The notes: generated from the sequence alone by a model not told the origin. DNA of 64,000 nt from Anthoceros angustus (GCA_010909165.1 MU008160.1:310001-374000); one strand, 5' to 3'; positions 31,549 through 44,598 are shown, counted from the first letter of the stretch. Numbers and translations: made by a program.

Positions 31549-32427
31549 ATGTCGAAGGTAGTGAAAGCGGTATCGAGGGTGCCAAGGAAGAATCGTTTCG
31601 GATCCCACGAGAGCCTGCTTCGATCTAGCGGCTGGCTGGCGGCCAAGCCGTCTGCAGAGTCAGGTCCGGGAGAAGCAGATGCTGGAAGCAGGTCCACGCC
31701 GTCCTTGACGTACTTGGCCATGCTGCATTATTTCCGTTGTAAGAACCACCTGGGGTTCAACGCGGATTCTGTTCTACAGTCTGTTAGCCAATTTGTGAAG
31801 GATGGCGGCGATCCGCCGAGTGTTTCCCGGGCAATCACGGGTGCTGCAGCGGTGAGAAGAGAAGCCAATGTTGCTGGCGGCGCGAGCTATTCCAGATTGC
31901 TGCATCAGGATGTGAACTTGAAGCAGTATTTGAGCACGGTACAGCCTCCAAGGAAAAACTTCACCGGGTTACGTCCCGGTAGGGTTGTTGTTCATCACTA
32001 CCCGCAGAAGACGGCTGTCCATGTTTTCACTCCGGATGAAGTCGCGCCGCAAACCTTGAAGCAAGTGGCGTCGGTGTTGTCGGCTGCTTCGAATTGTAGT
32101 GTCGTTTTGAGAGCTGTGAAGATGCAGTCGATCTACCAGAGTGCTTCCTTGATCGCGCAGGACATCTGTTTGCAGTTAGAGCAGAGGAAGCAGTTTCGGA
32201 GCATCACGCAAGCACTTTTCAGGCAGTTGAAACGGGAACCGTATGTGGAGGGAATCCGAGTGATATGCTCAGGTAGGATTAACGGTGCGCTGATAGCTCG
32301 GAGTGAAAGACGAGGTTATGGTCCTCTTACTTTGCAGTCTTTCAGCGCCAAGGTCGATTACGCTCAGGCTCAAGCCCAGCTTCCTTACGGTATCCTTGGA
32401 ATCAAGGTTTGGGTGAGCTATGTGTAG
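31549..32427 (+). CDS. rps3: Nuclear-encoded mitochondrial ribosomal protein S3
   Basis: YSRLLHQDVNLKQYLSTVQPP..TGLRPGRVVVHHYPQKT matches the plant mt Rps3 N-terminus; GIRVICSGRINGA.IARSE..G...KVDYAQA...YGILGIKVWVSY matches the S3 C-terminus. About 110-aa N-terminal extension; intronless CDS. Confidence 0.92.
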   Translation: MSKVVKAVSRVPRKNRFGSHESLLRSSGWLAAKPSAESGPGEADAGSRSTPSLTYLAMLHYFRCKNHLGFNADSVLQSVSQFVKDGGDPPSVSRAITGAAAVRREANVAGGASYSRLLHQDVNLKQYLSTVQPPRKNFTGLRPGRVVVHHYPQKTAVHVFTPDEVAPQTLKQVASVLSAASNCSVVLRAVKMQSIYQSASLIAQDICLQLEQRKQFRSITQALFRQLKREPYVEGIRVICSGRINGALIARSERRGYGPLTLQSFSAKVDYAQAQAQLPYGILGIKVWVSYV

Positions 32428-32921
32428 CGAGGAATAGGGAAATTGACAATTCCAGTGAGGGCAAAATGTGCGTTGAGTATGGCGGAGGGGATGACAGGGC
32501 GAGTGGACACAAGCATCTTGTTCTTGAGGATAGATGGTGTCAGCCCACGTTTAGGTTGACGTGGAGATGTATAAGCCAGTGTGATGCTGTCCGTAAATTT
32601 TTCTCACCCTGTTGACGCGGTTGCCGCACAAAGCTACAGGTTACAAGGGAGTAGGCAAGTATGGGCAAAATGTTTACCATGTCAAGCTTCTGTAGAGCAA
32701 GAAACTGAGTGCTGATTGGTAGCAAGTATACAATGTATAGATGGATGAACCACTGCCTCACTCAGAATTCTTGCACAATTTGAAATACACATGTTCACGT
32801 GCCAACAAGTAACTGAGTGACAAGCACAATATACAGGTACCTTGGAGCTTAAAACGTTTGGCCAACCCGACGGAAATATTAGACAAGATTTCCCAACCAA
32901 CACTCAATCTGCCATTCTTGG

Positions 32922-35900
32922 TTAATCGACCTCCTCCTGAGGCTTGACAAATCGCACTGGCACGGCTGGTATGCTATACCACCATTCCCTGAACCTGCGA
33001 ATCAGTCGCTCCGTGTTTTCCTCTCGGAGTTGCAGCTGCCTGGTGAAGAGGTCCCAGAATGCCACCAAGAAGATGAATCTAAAGGGGACTAAGGCGAAGA
33101 CTAGAGCTAGGCCCAACAGGACAGCAGACACAGTGTTCGTTGCCTGAAGAAAATTCGAAGGGTGCAATTAGGGACATCCTAGATTACAGGTAATGCCTAC
33201 AAGAGTAAAATCATAAATCAGCATGGTTTATACCTGTGGGTACGCCGATAAGCCGATAGACCGTACTTTCAACAGCAAAATGTTGGCACTCTGGAGTAGT
33301 CCTTCAACTTGTGCGAGAGCTTGCTGCAGTGCCAACAACTGCTGGACACCGTTCTGCCCCTGAGGAGTTGATACCACGAGCTCCACATTTCCATGATGAC
33401 GGCCCAACCGAAGCCAAACAATCAAACCCACAGCTGATAACAACAGTAAAGGGACACAGTAGTCCAACCAATCCCTGCACCAAAATTCAAGTTAGAGTCC
33501 ACTTGCTACAGCAGCATACGATTCAGAAAAACAAACACTCTTGAAACGGCTGCAAAATTTCATACCTGTAGACAACATATGTAACAAGTCCACAAAAGCC
33601 TAAAGTCTTGCTTGGTTCCTCCCAAGCGAGCAGTTCTTGAAACCATGTTAGTACACTGACGAGAGGTAGAAGTAACTCCTGTACAGAGCAGTTATCAGTT
33701 AGCCCAAACATGAGAAGCTATGCAACACCCTCAACAAACATCACACTCGTGCAGCTGACGTTGCATTTTGACAGATCTGGGCATACCCGGACAGGCAAGC
33801 AAGCGGGAATGGGAAGACATCTCTAATGGCTTACCTGCAGTACGGCAAAATTTGTACCAATGCCCTTGGCATCGACTTTTAATCCGTCAACACTAGCTTT
33901 AGCCAGCTGCACCTTCCGATGGCTGTCCCGTGATTGGATTACCGCTTTCTCCAAAGGTGTCAGCTCGCCAATCAGGACCTCTCCCACACATACTGGCTGC
34001 TCCTTCTGTGACCTTTTCGGATTTTTCACAGCTAAGCTGTCAACAGCATGCACTGCTGACGTGGAGGAAATCGGATAGCCATCTTGCCGGGTGAAGTAAT
34101 TGTCCATGTAATCATTGCTACCAATCTCAGCTGCATGAAGCCTGTCAGCTAATGCTTTCAACACCAGATCCCCACCTGGTATCTCTTCTGCCAATGAGAA
34201 AGTTAGGAGTTTTTCTGGTCTTACAGGCAATGTGCGAAAGACCTCTTTTGTCGCTCGTAGGCGAGCAATCCCAAGGACAGCCTTTGCAAGGGCCTCTGCT
34301 CTACCCACGCTTTCAAGCTGATTGCCCCTAATGAACTGATGTACAAAGATAACTTCTCGAATGATGGACAACCAATATTCACGCCTGGTTCTTCCTACCA
34401 GTTCTGGAAACTCCAACACAACCGGCTCAGGGCTGCAAAAAAGGTTTTCACTGTCTTAGAAGCTTTCAGCTTAGGAAAGTGTTGAGAAACCGGATAACAT
34501 ACAAAAAAAGCTTACGTAGAAGGAGACTTGTACAACACAGCCTTGTCAAACAGGCGAGCACCCCAAGGACCAGTTAACACCGGCTTGACTGTGTGGCGAA
34601 GGTCAGCAGACAGATCATACTTCTTAGCTTTGTCATAAGATACAACACCCGCTGCTTCAAAGTAAAGTGCTTGATCTGTCAATGTTAGCCGCCCTGCAAT
34701 ACCAGCATGCAACACATTAGTCAAAGGAAATGAAGGCGAAAAGTGAAGTGCGGAAAGACAACTAAGTGCAGTTTCGACCAACAAAAGAAACAGACCCAGA
34801 CCGGGCCAAGTAGAGAGGCCAATATGTTGCAAGACTGGCTGAGTTGTGGCAGTTCCATCAATGTCTATAACTGTCTCTCCTGGTGCAAGTTTAAGAGTTG
34901 CGACCAGATTTGCTGTGACTTGCTTCTTGATCGCCTTTATTGACCTAAGGCAGGAAGAATTCCAGCTTACAGGCTGCAATATGGAAGCTGCGTACAAGGA
35001 AAAACAAAAACACGGCAACGTACAGTTGCATGAAACTGGAATGGCAAAACATCAATAGCCTCACTTGTCAAGCTCTCCCAGGTATTTGTCCCAAACCGGG
35101 AATGCTAGCCGATTGCCAGTAGATGAGGTGAGAGCTTCAAACTGGCAGTGCACACTTATTGTATCCGCAGCCACAGGTATGGCAGGGGCCAGCCTTGCAA
35201 ATGATTCCAAGCCCACTGTGCTCTCAACGTCTACCTGCAAAGGTCAACCATCCAAGTTGCTAAGCGAACGACACAACTCTCGAAAATTACAAGATGCTTC
35301 ACTGCGTGTAGTTCATTGAGCTTCATCCTGCAAGTGTATCTTCCAACAGTTCTGACCAGGGCCAGGGACACCCTCCACATGCAATAAAGGTTTTAGTTCT
35401 AGCTTCCCAAGTCCCAATTACCTTTGCTAGCATTGGCATCAAATCAGTATAGAACAAGGCCGGGTCCTCATCATCATCATCCTCATCCTCATCAACCTCC
35501 AAGGAGCCTTGATTGGATTTGCTGGAATCATCATCAGTCTGTCATGACATGTAGGGGGTGCGGATATTAACGAATCCATGTGATTGAGCAATATTCCCCC
35601 ACCCCCTCGCTGTTAATACAACTCAGCTGCAACAGTTCATGCTCTGCCTAAAGTTCCTTGTCCTCAGAGCAGCTTCTTTGAGCCTGTTAAATATCACATT
35701 CCGTAACTGATATAAACCAGCTAGTATGCAATGCGTGCTACCGTCATTAGAAGTAAACGCTTGCAGGCAATCAGAGAGTCAGCATCGAGCATTAGTCTCT
35801 GACCTTCACAGCCGGCTTATTTGCAACACCAGGGGCGTCCCAGGCTAGCATCATGTCGAACGTGAAGCGCCGAAAATCCCTGTCATGCAAATGGTCTGTA

Positions 35901-36303
35901 ACCGTGGCAATTGCAAGCGCCTTAAAGCAGCAGTACTCCAAAAGATTGCGTGCATATCGTGCTGGCTGCTTAGCCGAAGCAGGTGCCTCATCATCAAAAT
36001 CCCTCTGCAAGTCCTCAGTATCCAACACGAGAATCCTGCAAGCAAACTATCAGCTCCTCTCCAACTCCAATCCTCCTTACTCTGCAGCACACTCCGACAT
36101 CCAACAGCAGAACCAAAAAAAAGCCCTCACCGTGCACATTTTCCCACGACAACGTTTGCCAGCGAAGAAAGTTCCTTGATCCACTTCCGGCCCGACGAAG
36201 TCCGCCCTAGCCTCCCCTGACTGTCGTCCTTGTATGCGCTCTTCACCGACTGGTCTCCCATGAGAGACTCCATGAAAACCCTGCCCTTTTTCAGCAGCGC
36301 CAT
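32922..36303 (-). CDS. DUF639 family plant membrane protein (multi-exon)
   Basis: KWIKELSSLANVVVGKCAR, YARNLLEYCCFKAL..DHLHDRDFRRFTFDMMLAW, GRLTLTDQALYFEA, WGARLFDKAVLYKS, LEFPELVGRTRREYWLSIIREVIFVHQFI, REWWYSIPAVPV. Confidence 0.9.
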
Positions 36304-36990
36304 CTCGAGCTTTCACCACAAACCCCTGATCACACTCTCAATCCCTGCCAGGAGTCTCCCTCTCCATTCACGTCACAAATCCGTCACTCCCGCTCCCGGA
36401 TCATTTCCCGCAGCCGCAAAACTGCTGCAGATTGTCGAGGACATCCCAATTCCCGGCCTCCGCCAGACCTACCAGGCCGGCTTCCCGCACGATTCCACAC
36501 AACCTTCCTCCAGCACCCAATTCCAATTCCGACTGCAATTCGAACAAACTCCGCTTGGAACGTCTCACAGATCCACCCAATTTGAGAATGCAGGCTGCAT
36601 TGCAAAAAAGCCGCGGCAGCCAGGGATAAGGCAGGGGCGTGCCTTGTACAACAGAAGTCGATGCGATTGCGTCACAGGAGAAGGCGAGGGGGAAGCCCCT
36701 TCGCGTAAGCGAGCCCCTTGGCTTTCCAAAGACCCGGCATGCCAAGACAGATGAAATCGTGGTAAATTCCTGACGATGAATCTGCCAGGCACACTTGGCG
36801 TTTGCAGTGCCTACTTCTGCTTGCGTGCTTCTCTCTCCTCGACTACTTCAACGTTTCCAAGTTATCCATGAATTCGTCAAGGAATGCGTATTAGTACAAA
36901 TGGTATGGTTTGAATCGAGATTCCAGAATCCACCTCGTTCGATCAAATTTTGTTTCTAGCTGTCCTGATTTACCACAGTTACGAAGTGTG

Positions 36991-37990
36991 TCATTTTTTC
37001 TTCTGTGGAAGTCGTTGGACGACCACCTGCAGCCATAGGGGGTAACAGGTCAGGGTTGGAATCTGGAAACCTTGCGGCAAGACAGAATTGACATGACACC
37101 CACCTTGCCGCTGTTGGTCTTGTCCCCAACAATCGTTTGGCAGGAAAGCCTCCAGTTGTCTGGTTTCTGTGAAAGGGAATAGCAACCGGAATGATCAGCC
37201 CAGGTGTTGTTGCGTGCATACTTTGGACATCCGTTTTAGGAAATTGGACTGACCTTCTTCAAGTACTTGTACTCTGCATCCGTCCTGTCGTTCAGAAGCT
37301 CCTGACCCTCCAGAATCTGCGTCAAAGAAGGGTCTAGAGAGCTCCAGTCAGCTTGTGAGAGGAGGCTTCACTTGATCGAGCCCAGTAAGGCTGAAGAAGA
37401 AAGACCTGAACAATGCAAGTGCCGCAGCTCCCACCTCCTCCACAGTTCATGACTTTCCCCTGGCACGTCCATTGGATGTATCAAACCAGCGATGGAATGA
37501 TCATGTGTCAGATTGCAGGAAGTTGCTTACCCACGTATCATAGAGCTCGAGCTTGCTGTCCTTCATGATGGTTCTCAGCAGTTTGTCCCCACTCACTGCA
37601 GAAGCTGTTTGCACATCGCCACCTGCATCAGGCTACAGCATGTTGCACAAATGGGCATCACAGAATCGGCCCAACCCTAATGCAAATGTGCTGGATTGGA
37701 TGCGCAGACAAGCCCAGGCTCACCGACAGAAATTGAAGCTCGATTATGGGCGGCCCTTGCGGCTGCTCGGCTGTGCCCTCCGGAGAGCTTGTGGAAACGC
37801 CAACATCGGCACTGGACGATTCCAAAGCTACCACACCCCTGTGCCTTTGCCTGTGCCGTTGCCATTGCCTCGGGAGCCAAGCTCTGCTGGTGGACGGAAG
37901 ACATACAGCCTGGAGGGTAACTGGTGTCCTGGGCGCAGTCTGGTGACCGGCAGCCGCGCCTGCTATCGCCATCTGCATGACCATCACCAT
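36991..37990 (-). CDS. Plastid 2Fe-2S ferredoxin-like protein (PnsB3/NDF4-related family)
   Basis: Transit peptide; SGDKLLRTIMKDSKLELY / GKVMNCGGGGSCGTCIVQ / ILEGQELLNDRTDAE.KYLKK / KPESWRLACQTIVGDKTNSGK / VVVQRLPQKKK*. Confidence 0.9.
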
Positions 37991-38230
37991 CCTCCACAAC
38001 CCTCAACCCACAATGACAGATTGCGTCTACGCGCAGGACGGGGACAGTAACGAAGGTCACAGAGGAGTGAAACGGGCAACGATCCCAAGGTTGTTGTTGT
38101 TTTGAGGCAAAGCCTTCCGGTTCACACGTTCGTTCATCATTTCCTTCACGGGATTCTCACGTCCTAATGTTACAAAATCGGACTGGCGATGGCTATCGCA
38201 TGCAAATTCTGTGCCAGCACCAGACGGTCC

Positions 38231-39460
38231 TCATGATCGGATTCTTGTGAACCCGGGTTTAGCCTCCTTGAATCTTTTCTGGTCTTGTATCATGCTGTCG
38301 AAGACGTCCAGGAGGCTGTCCAGGCCCTGGGTTTCTGGTTCCAGCACTCGCAGTGCAAACACAATGCTCTCGATTGTGGACAGGCAGCCAGGCTTGGGCT
38401 GCCGCCTGACACACTGTGACATACTCGGTGCAGCTGATGACAACTTGAAGTGCGGGAGAGAATGGAGCCAGGGATTCTCGCAGTAAATTCTGCGGGCCTT
38501 GGACCAGGTTCCGTCCAAGACGATGAGATGGTTCACTACAGGGAGGTGGGAGATGCTACCTGCCATCTCTGCAAGTCCAGCAAGCTCTGGGGATGATGCC
38601 TCAGCTCCTCCGATGGAGGGTGGCAGATGAGGCAGCAGCTCCACGGCATTGTCAGTGGGATACAGCAGCCCTGTCCCTTCCGGCAACCTAATCCAAGATG
38701 GGACTGCAGACATCTCCCCACTATTCCCCACCCGCTCAGAGACCCCTGCTGCTCCTCCATCATCCAAGCTGCCTGCAGAACGAGCATAGGCAGAAACCCT
38801 AGATCGCCCGGACTTTTTCATGCTCACCTCCTGATATTTCTGCTGCGCCTGCAGCTTCTTTCCTCCCCTTCCTGCAATGCTCCTCTTAGATCCAGGAACC
38901 TTGGGGCGGATCCTGTAAGAAACCTGCTCATCAACCTCCGGGAGGATGATGAGCTGAACGTTCTGAAGACTCAGCATGGCTATCCTGGCGGATCCCAGAG
39001 CATGGTCCCTCTCCTCAGGGTGCTGCAAGATGGTCACCCCAACCTGGTTCTTCACCACATACTTGATCCTTCCACATATGCAAAGAGATGCTGGCTTCCT
39101 GCACATGACACAGAAGGGCCGCCTAGGTCTTGGCTCTCCGCTCAGCTCAACACCGTCTGCAGCATCGCTTCCTGATTCTTCCACAAGGATGTCCTCGCCA
39201 TTTGGACTCCCTCCCCTAATTCCTCGGCTAATCTTCCGTCCTTTCTCTCTTCCTTCCACTGTGGAGATGCTGGGAGTGCAACACCGCTGTTCTTGTCCAG
39301 CCCCGCTTGACACGCTAGCGGACCTGCCTGAGAACTCTGTCCCACCGTTGGCAGAGCTCTGCTCACTCTTCATTCCGAAAGGATCCAAATCACCCAGCGG
39401 TGGTTTCCACAAGCAGGCCCTGGGGCTCAATGCATCCATGCTCAGTCTCAATGACAGCAT
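38231..39460 (-). CDS. DTWD2: DTW-domain tRNA-uridine aminocarboxypropyltransferase (TapT/DTWD2-like)
   Basis: CVMCRKPASLCIC, ILQHPEERDHALGSARIA, LIVLDGTWSKARRIY..NPWL, RRQPKPGCLSTIESI; single ORF; start codon uncertain (39460 or 39439). Confidence 0.9.
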   Translation of the reverse strand: MLSLRLSMDALSPRACLWKPPLGDLDPFGMKSEQSSANGGTEFSGRSASVSSGAGQEQRCCTPSISTVEGREKGRKISRGIRGGSPNGEDILVEESGSDAADGVELSGEPRPRRPFCVMCRKPASLCICGRIKYVVKNQVGVTILQHPEERDHALGSARIAMLSLQNVQLIILPEVDEQVSYRIRPKVPGSKRSIAGRGGKKLQAQQKYQEVSMKKSGRSRVSAYARSAGSLDDGGAAGVSERVGNSGEMSAVPSWIRLPEGTGLLYPTDNAVELLPHLPPSIGGAEASSPELAGLAEMAGSISHLPVVNHLIVLDGTWSKARRIYCENPWLHSLPHFKLSSAAPSMSQCVRRQPKPGCLSTIESIVFALRVLEPETQGLDSLLDVFDSMIQDQKRFKEAKPGFTRIRS

Positions 39461-39886
39461 ACGTGAGGTCCAAACGACCGAAAATACTTGCCCTCTGATG
39501 CCATCTTAGCAGGAGAACGGCGTGACATGAAGGTGAAAACCACAACTTTCAAGACCGCCAGGGCTGACTCTAAAACCCTAGATGTGCAGTCTTCGAGATG
39601 CACAATTTGATTTCTAGTAGAGAGGACTTTGAAGTAGCTGGTGGACTGGTGGTATCAACATGCAACGCGAATGCAGCCAAAGAGCTGTGTGCACACCGAT
39701 CCAGAGTCTGAATCTAGCATCTGCGAGTCCTATCTCAGCTACTAAGTCCATTATGGGCACCCTCAAAGTCTGTTTCCTCGGGCTTGCTATCTGAGTTACT
39801 ATTTGCCTTTGAGGACGTGTTTCGCGAAGGAATGGATGAAGCATAGATGTGAACTGATAAGTAACCCGTCCGAAAAGGAAGCTTCC

Positions 39887-41741
39887 TCAGGTTTCAAGAC
39901 TCTCCGCCAGCTTCAGTTCCTGCGAACAGGAAAGAAGATGTCACGGTTGACAGAAACTTGTGGGGGAAGCAGGCAGAAACAAATGCAAAAAGAGAGCGTT
40001 TGAAACCTGAGACAGAGCAATCCATGCATCAAGAACTTTCTTCGCTTCACCAGACTGGTGAACGTCCCTAGCCAATGTGACCCCACTTTCTAGGTCTCTT
40101 GTGACGCCAGCAGCCATGAGTCCCGCTCCAGCATTCAGAATCTGCATGACAGAAACAAGCGAACTGTCAGCAGAAGGAAGATGATTCCAGGACTAAGCCT
40201 CTGCTTAAGTACCGCACCCATTGACAATCAGAACAGTCAGGACAAGTGGAAAAAAATACCAAGGAATCAGCAATTGGACCCTTCTTTCCAGCAAGGACAT
40301 CTCGTAGAACTTGAGCATTGTAATCTGGAGCTCCTCCTCGAAGATCCTCCAAGGTACAGCGAGGTATTCCAAAGTCCACTAAACAGAGAGATACGGAGAT
40401 GAGTACAACGAGAGGCAAGATGAGAATGGCTATAAAAATTAGAGCTACACATGGGTCAGCTAAGGCGACCTACATGGGTCGAAGTTGAATCGTCGAATGC
40501 TGTCAGGTAGGACTTCCAGCACAAACCCAGGGCCTGCCCAGTATACAACAATCTCACATCACTATCACATGACTCCCGCAAGAACCACAAACTCAACTCC
40601 CACCATAATCTGCCACATACCGAGGGGAGATATCTCATCCAAGCCAACAGAATTAACAACAAGCGCCCTCTGCATCCCGAAAAGCTGCAGCCCCTTCGCC
40701 ATCTTCTCCACCTATACAAGTCAAGACGCATCCATCTCTCTAATGTATGGTTGTCATTCCGCCTGAAGCACAGGTGACTGTGAAACAGGGAAGTACCCTA
40801 GCTTGTCATTCACAACTTTAACGCGTGCTGCATCAAAATCCATAAAACATGCACAGATGATCCAAAAAGGAAGACTCTCGACACCATACGGCAACGGGCA
40901 GGAAACCATATAACTCATGAAGAAAAAGCCAAGGACTTACAAGGCTCTCGGAGTAGACACCAACAATGGCAAAAGGGGACCTGGCAGGATTCAGCATGGG
41001 CCCCAAGATGTTGAACACGGTCTTCACCTTCAACGATTTCCTTACAGGACTCACAAGCTTCATAGCAGGATGGTACCTGGGCCCCATCATAAACCCCACC
41101 TTTACCTCCTCCACGCACCTCCTGATCCCCGCCGGCCCAAGATCCACAGCCACACCCAAAGCCTCCAGGACATCAGCACTCCCACAAGCCGAAGACGACG
41201 ACCGGTTCCCAACTTTGGCAACCTTAGCCCCACAAGCAGCTGCCAAGATGCAAGCTCCAGTCGAAATGTTCACGGTATTGGCACCGTCCCCTCCAGTCCC
41301 CACAATGTCCAGCGTCCCTGACAGCCCAGAAACACGGACGCTCCTCTTCAACATCGCCCGAGCCAGCCCTGTGATCTCCTCATACGTCTCCCCCTTGGCC
41401 CGCAGCAGCACCAGGAATGCGCTGATCTGAGCCGCTTCCGCTCCGTCCAGCAGGCCCTCCATCACTGCCTCCGCCTGGGCGTCCGTCAGATCCGTCTTGC
41501 TCAGCAGAAGCTCGATCACGTGCTGGATCGTGAGCGAAGCCGGGGCCGTCCCCGCAGCAGGAACAGCTGCCCGGCAGAGCAGACCTGAGGCCCTCGAGGG
41601 CAGCCTCCCCGGCATCTGCAGCTGCCCAACACCGGACACAACAGCCGGCCGAGCTCGAGCTCCATATCCCTCTCCGCTCCATCTCCAGACGCCCCGGTTC
41701 GCGGAAGCCGCTGAAGCGGCGTGCACAGCTGCCAATGTCAT
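39887..41741 (-). CDS. trpD: Anthranilate phosphoribosyltransferase, plastid
   Basis: [84 protein letters not shown]; six exons; stop TGA at 39887-39889. Confidence 0.95.
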
Positions 41742-41896
41742 GGGTGCGAGCAAATCGGGGCACAAATCGGACACACCAATCTACATAGCCCAATCCGACT
41801 TGCGAAGAATCGAGGATCGCTAGCTTCTCCGAATCTGTTGTGACTAGTTCTGTCGGGCGGGAACCGTCAGGGAAAACGACAGGGGAGGGTAGAACG

Positions 41897-44598
41897 ATGA
41901 TGGCAGCGATGGCGGCCCCGGCGTTGCAGGAACGCGCATTTCTGCATGGCGGGAGAAACAGGCTCGCCTCCTCCCTTCCCCTGGGGCAGCGGAAGAGGCA
42001 GCAGCAGAGCTGTGTTCAATCCTGCGCTCTTGCGGGCTCGGTGGCGGCGGAGCCGAGCCGGCGAGATGGCGATGCGGTGGAGCAGGCTGGGCCTCGGCTC
42101 TACCACATTGCGACTATGGGGTGCCAGATGAACGTGGCGGACTCGGAGCGGATGGAGGGAGTGCTTTGTGCAAATGGGTATGCGCCTGCTGCCAGCCCCG
42201 AGGACGCCTCGCTCTTCATCCTCAATACCTGCAGCATTCGGGACAGGTCCGAGCAGAAGGTACAGTAGGATCGTCAGGGAATGTGTGGTATGAGCTGCAA
42301 GGGACGATGGCTGGATGGGAATTGTTGGGTGATAGGAGGGCATTTTGTCGGCAGGAATGGCGATGGTGGGAATGTGGCAATGCTGGCACTGACTGGGGCC
42401 AGGTTGGTGTGTCAGGTGTATTCTGCTCTTGGTGTCCAGAAGGCGAGGAAGAGGGCCAACCCCAGCATGAAGATTGTGGTTGCTGGATGTGTGGCCCAGC
42501 AGGAAGGTGAAGCATTGCTGCGGAGAGTGCCTGAAGTGGATTTGGTGATGGGCCCGCAGCATGTAGGCCGGCTTCAGGAGCTGCTGGATCAGGTGAGGGT
42601 CGTCTTTGCTTCTGGTGCAGTGTTGAGATGTGGGGAGGATGTGTGATGGTTGTTATGTGAGAATGGTGGAGCAGGTGGATCAGGGGAGTCAAGTTTGTGC
42701 AACTGAGCCTATGTATATCATGGAAGATATCACAAAGCCTCGCAGGTCCAGCTTCTTCCTTTTCTTTGCAGCAAAGCTGTTGTATATGTCTCAGTTTTCT
42801 GACATGTGGGAAGGGTCTGATCTGTGCGCAGGAGCTCAACTATAACTGCATGGGTGAACGTGATTTATGGTCAGTTTCTGTGAGTCTCTTTTCACTGTGT
42901 GATGCATTGCATGTGTGGTCATCTTATTCATCTTCTGAACATCTGGACATCAATTGTTTGATGTTGCATGCAACAGGCTGTAATGAGCACTGTACATATT
43001 GTGTCGTTCCTGGAGTTCGTGGCAAGGAGCAGTCTCGGGAGCCTGAAGCAATTAGGAAGGAGATGGTTGCCCTCGGAGCTGCTGGGTAAGTGTAGACAAC
43101 AGAGCAACTTCATTGCACCAGAACTTGTGACGATTTGGATGCTGCTGATACAAGCACTTGTTGGCTCAACATGCCAGGTATAAAGAGGTGACTCTTTTGG
43201 GACAGAATATAGATGCTTATGGGCGCGATCTTCCTGGGTTTGCAGCTGATGGATCTGGCCGTAGGCTGTGGACTCTGGCTGACCTATTGAAGTACGTCCA
43301 TGACGTCCCTGGCATAGAGAGGATTCGATTTGCAACATCGCATGTAAGCAGAAAGCATCTGAGCAGGCTGGCTGGCTTTCTGGAAATGCCTTGCTTCTTA
43401 CGCTCACAATCCCTTCGTCTGGTCCCCTGCAGCCACGGTACTTCACAGAACGACTCATCAAGGTCTGTGCCGAGCTGCCCAAGGTCTGCAAGTATTTCCA
43501 CATTCCATATCAATCAGGGGATAATGACATTCTCAAGGTATTCCTTCATAGCTTCTCATTCTGAAGTGTGTTCGCTTCCTCTTCTGACCTGAACCATCAG
43601 TGGCATCGGCCTCGGCACAGGCTATGCGGCGAGGATACACTGCAGAGAGATACCTAGACATCATCAGGAAAGTGGGAATACATGCCCGATTGCTCCATCA
43701 GCCGGATGTCATCGTAGGCTTCCCTGGTAAGGATTCCTTTCTGCCACAAGAAAGGATGCCACTGGTTTGAAGCTTCAAAGCTCATCTTTTCTGAACAGAA
43801 AAAACCATGTGGCAACAGGTGAAACAGAGGAGCAGTTTCTCAACACACTCAAGGTCATGAACGGTGGGTAGAGACTGCCTCCATCCTGTACTCCAAACAC
43901 CCATGTCCACTTCTTCCCTCACACATGATGCCCTCACATCTGCAGAGGTCAGGTTCGACCAAGTAAACACTGCAGCGTACTCTCCACGACCCGGGACCCC
44001 AGCAGCTCTCTGGGACAATCAGGTTGAAGCTTCTCTTCCACATTTCCCTACACATCACCCAATATATCTTCCATTCCAAGTCTCCCCGCATGACAGCATT
44101 GCCCACGATTCCCTCTCAGGTAGCTGAGCTCATCAAGATGGATCGGCTCCACCGCATCAACAGGTCTTCCTCCTCACCCAACATCTCATTTCTGCTGCTC
44201 CTTCCCTCCATGTGCCTCTCTCACCACCACTATTCACGTGCAGCCTTCAACTGGAGCACTCCCTGGAACGAAGCCGAAGATACATCGGTCGACTGGAGAA
44301 AGTGCTCGTAGAAGGACCCAACACCAAACCAGGACACGATCACCAGGTTTACCACCATTTCCCTTCCCTCCTCACATTCCACATCACATCAAAAATGCAA
44401 GAAAGCTCGAAACCAAGACCACAAGAGTACTGAACCTGTATACTGCCACGCCTGCAGGTGATGGGTCGAACAAACGCCAACCGCCTGGTGTTCCTAGAGG
44501 GAGGACCGGATCTGATAGGCAGCATAGTGGATGTGAAAATCCTTGAAGCTCGGGCAGTGAGCCTCAGCGGTGTACTGTGCTCTACCAGTTCCATCTGA
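41897..44598 (+). CDS. miaB: MiaB radical-SAM tRNA methylthiotransferase, cyanobacterial type, with transit peptide
   Basis: [130 protein letters not shown]-terminal TRAM domain; many short introns. Confidence 0.95.

Noticed and set aside
31549-32427. Recent NUMT
   Set aside because: The sequence is strongly diverged with nuclear-like codon usage, has an N-terminal extension, and lacks flanking mitochondrial DNA.
41867-42562. Long antisense or alternative-frame ORFs over GC-rich genes (also 38627-39175, 51075-51851, 59171-59737, 15629-16321)
   Set aside because: Shadow ORFs caused by low stop-codon frequency; no independent motifs.
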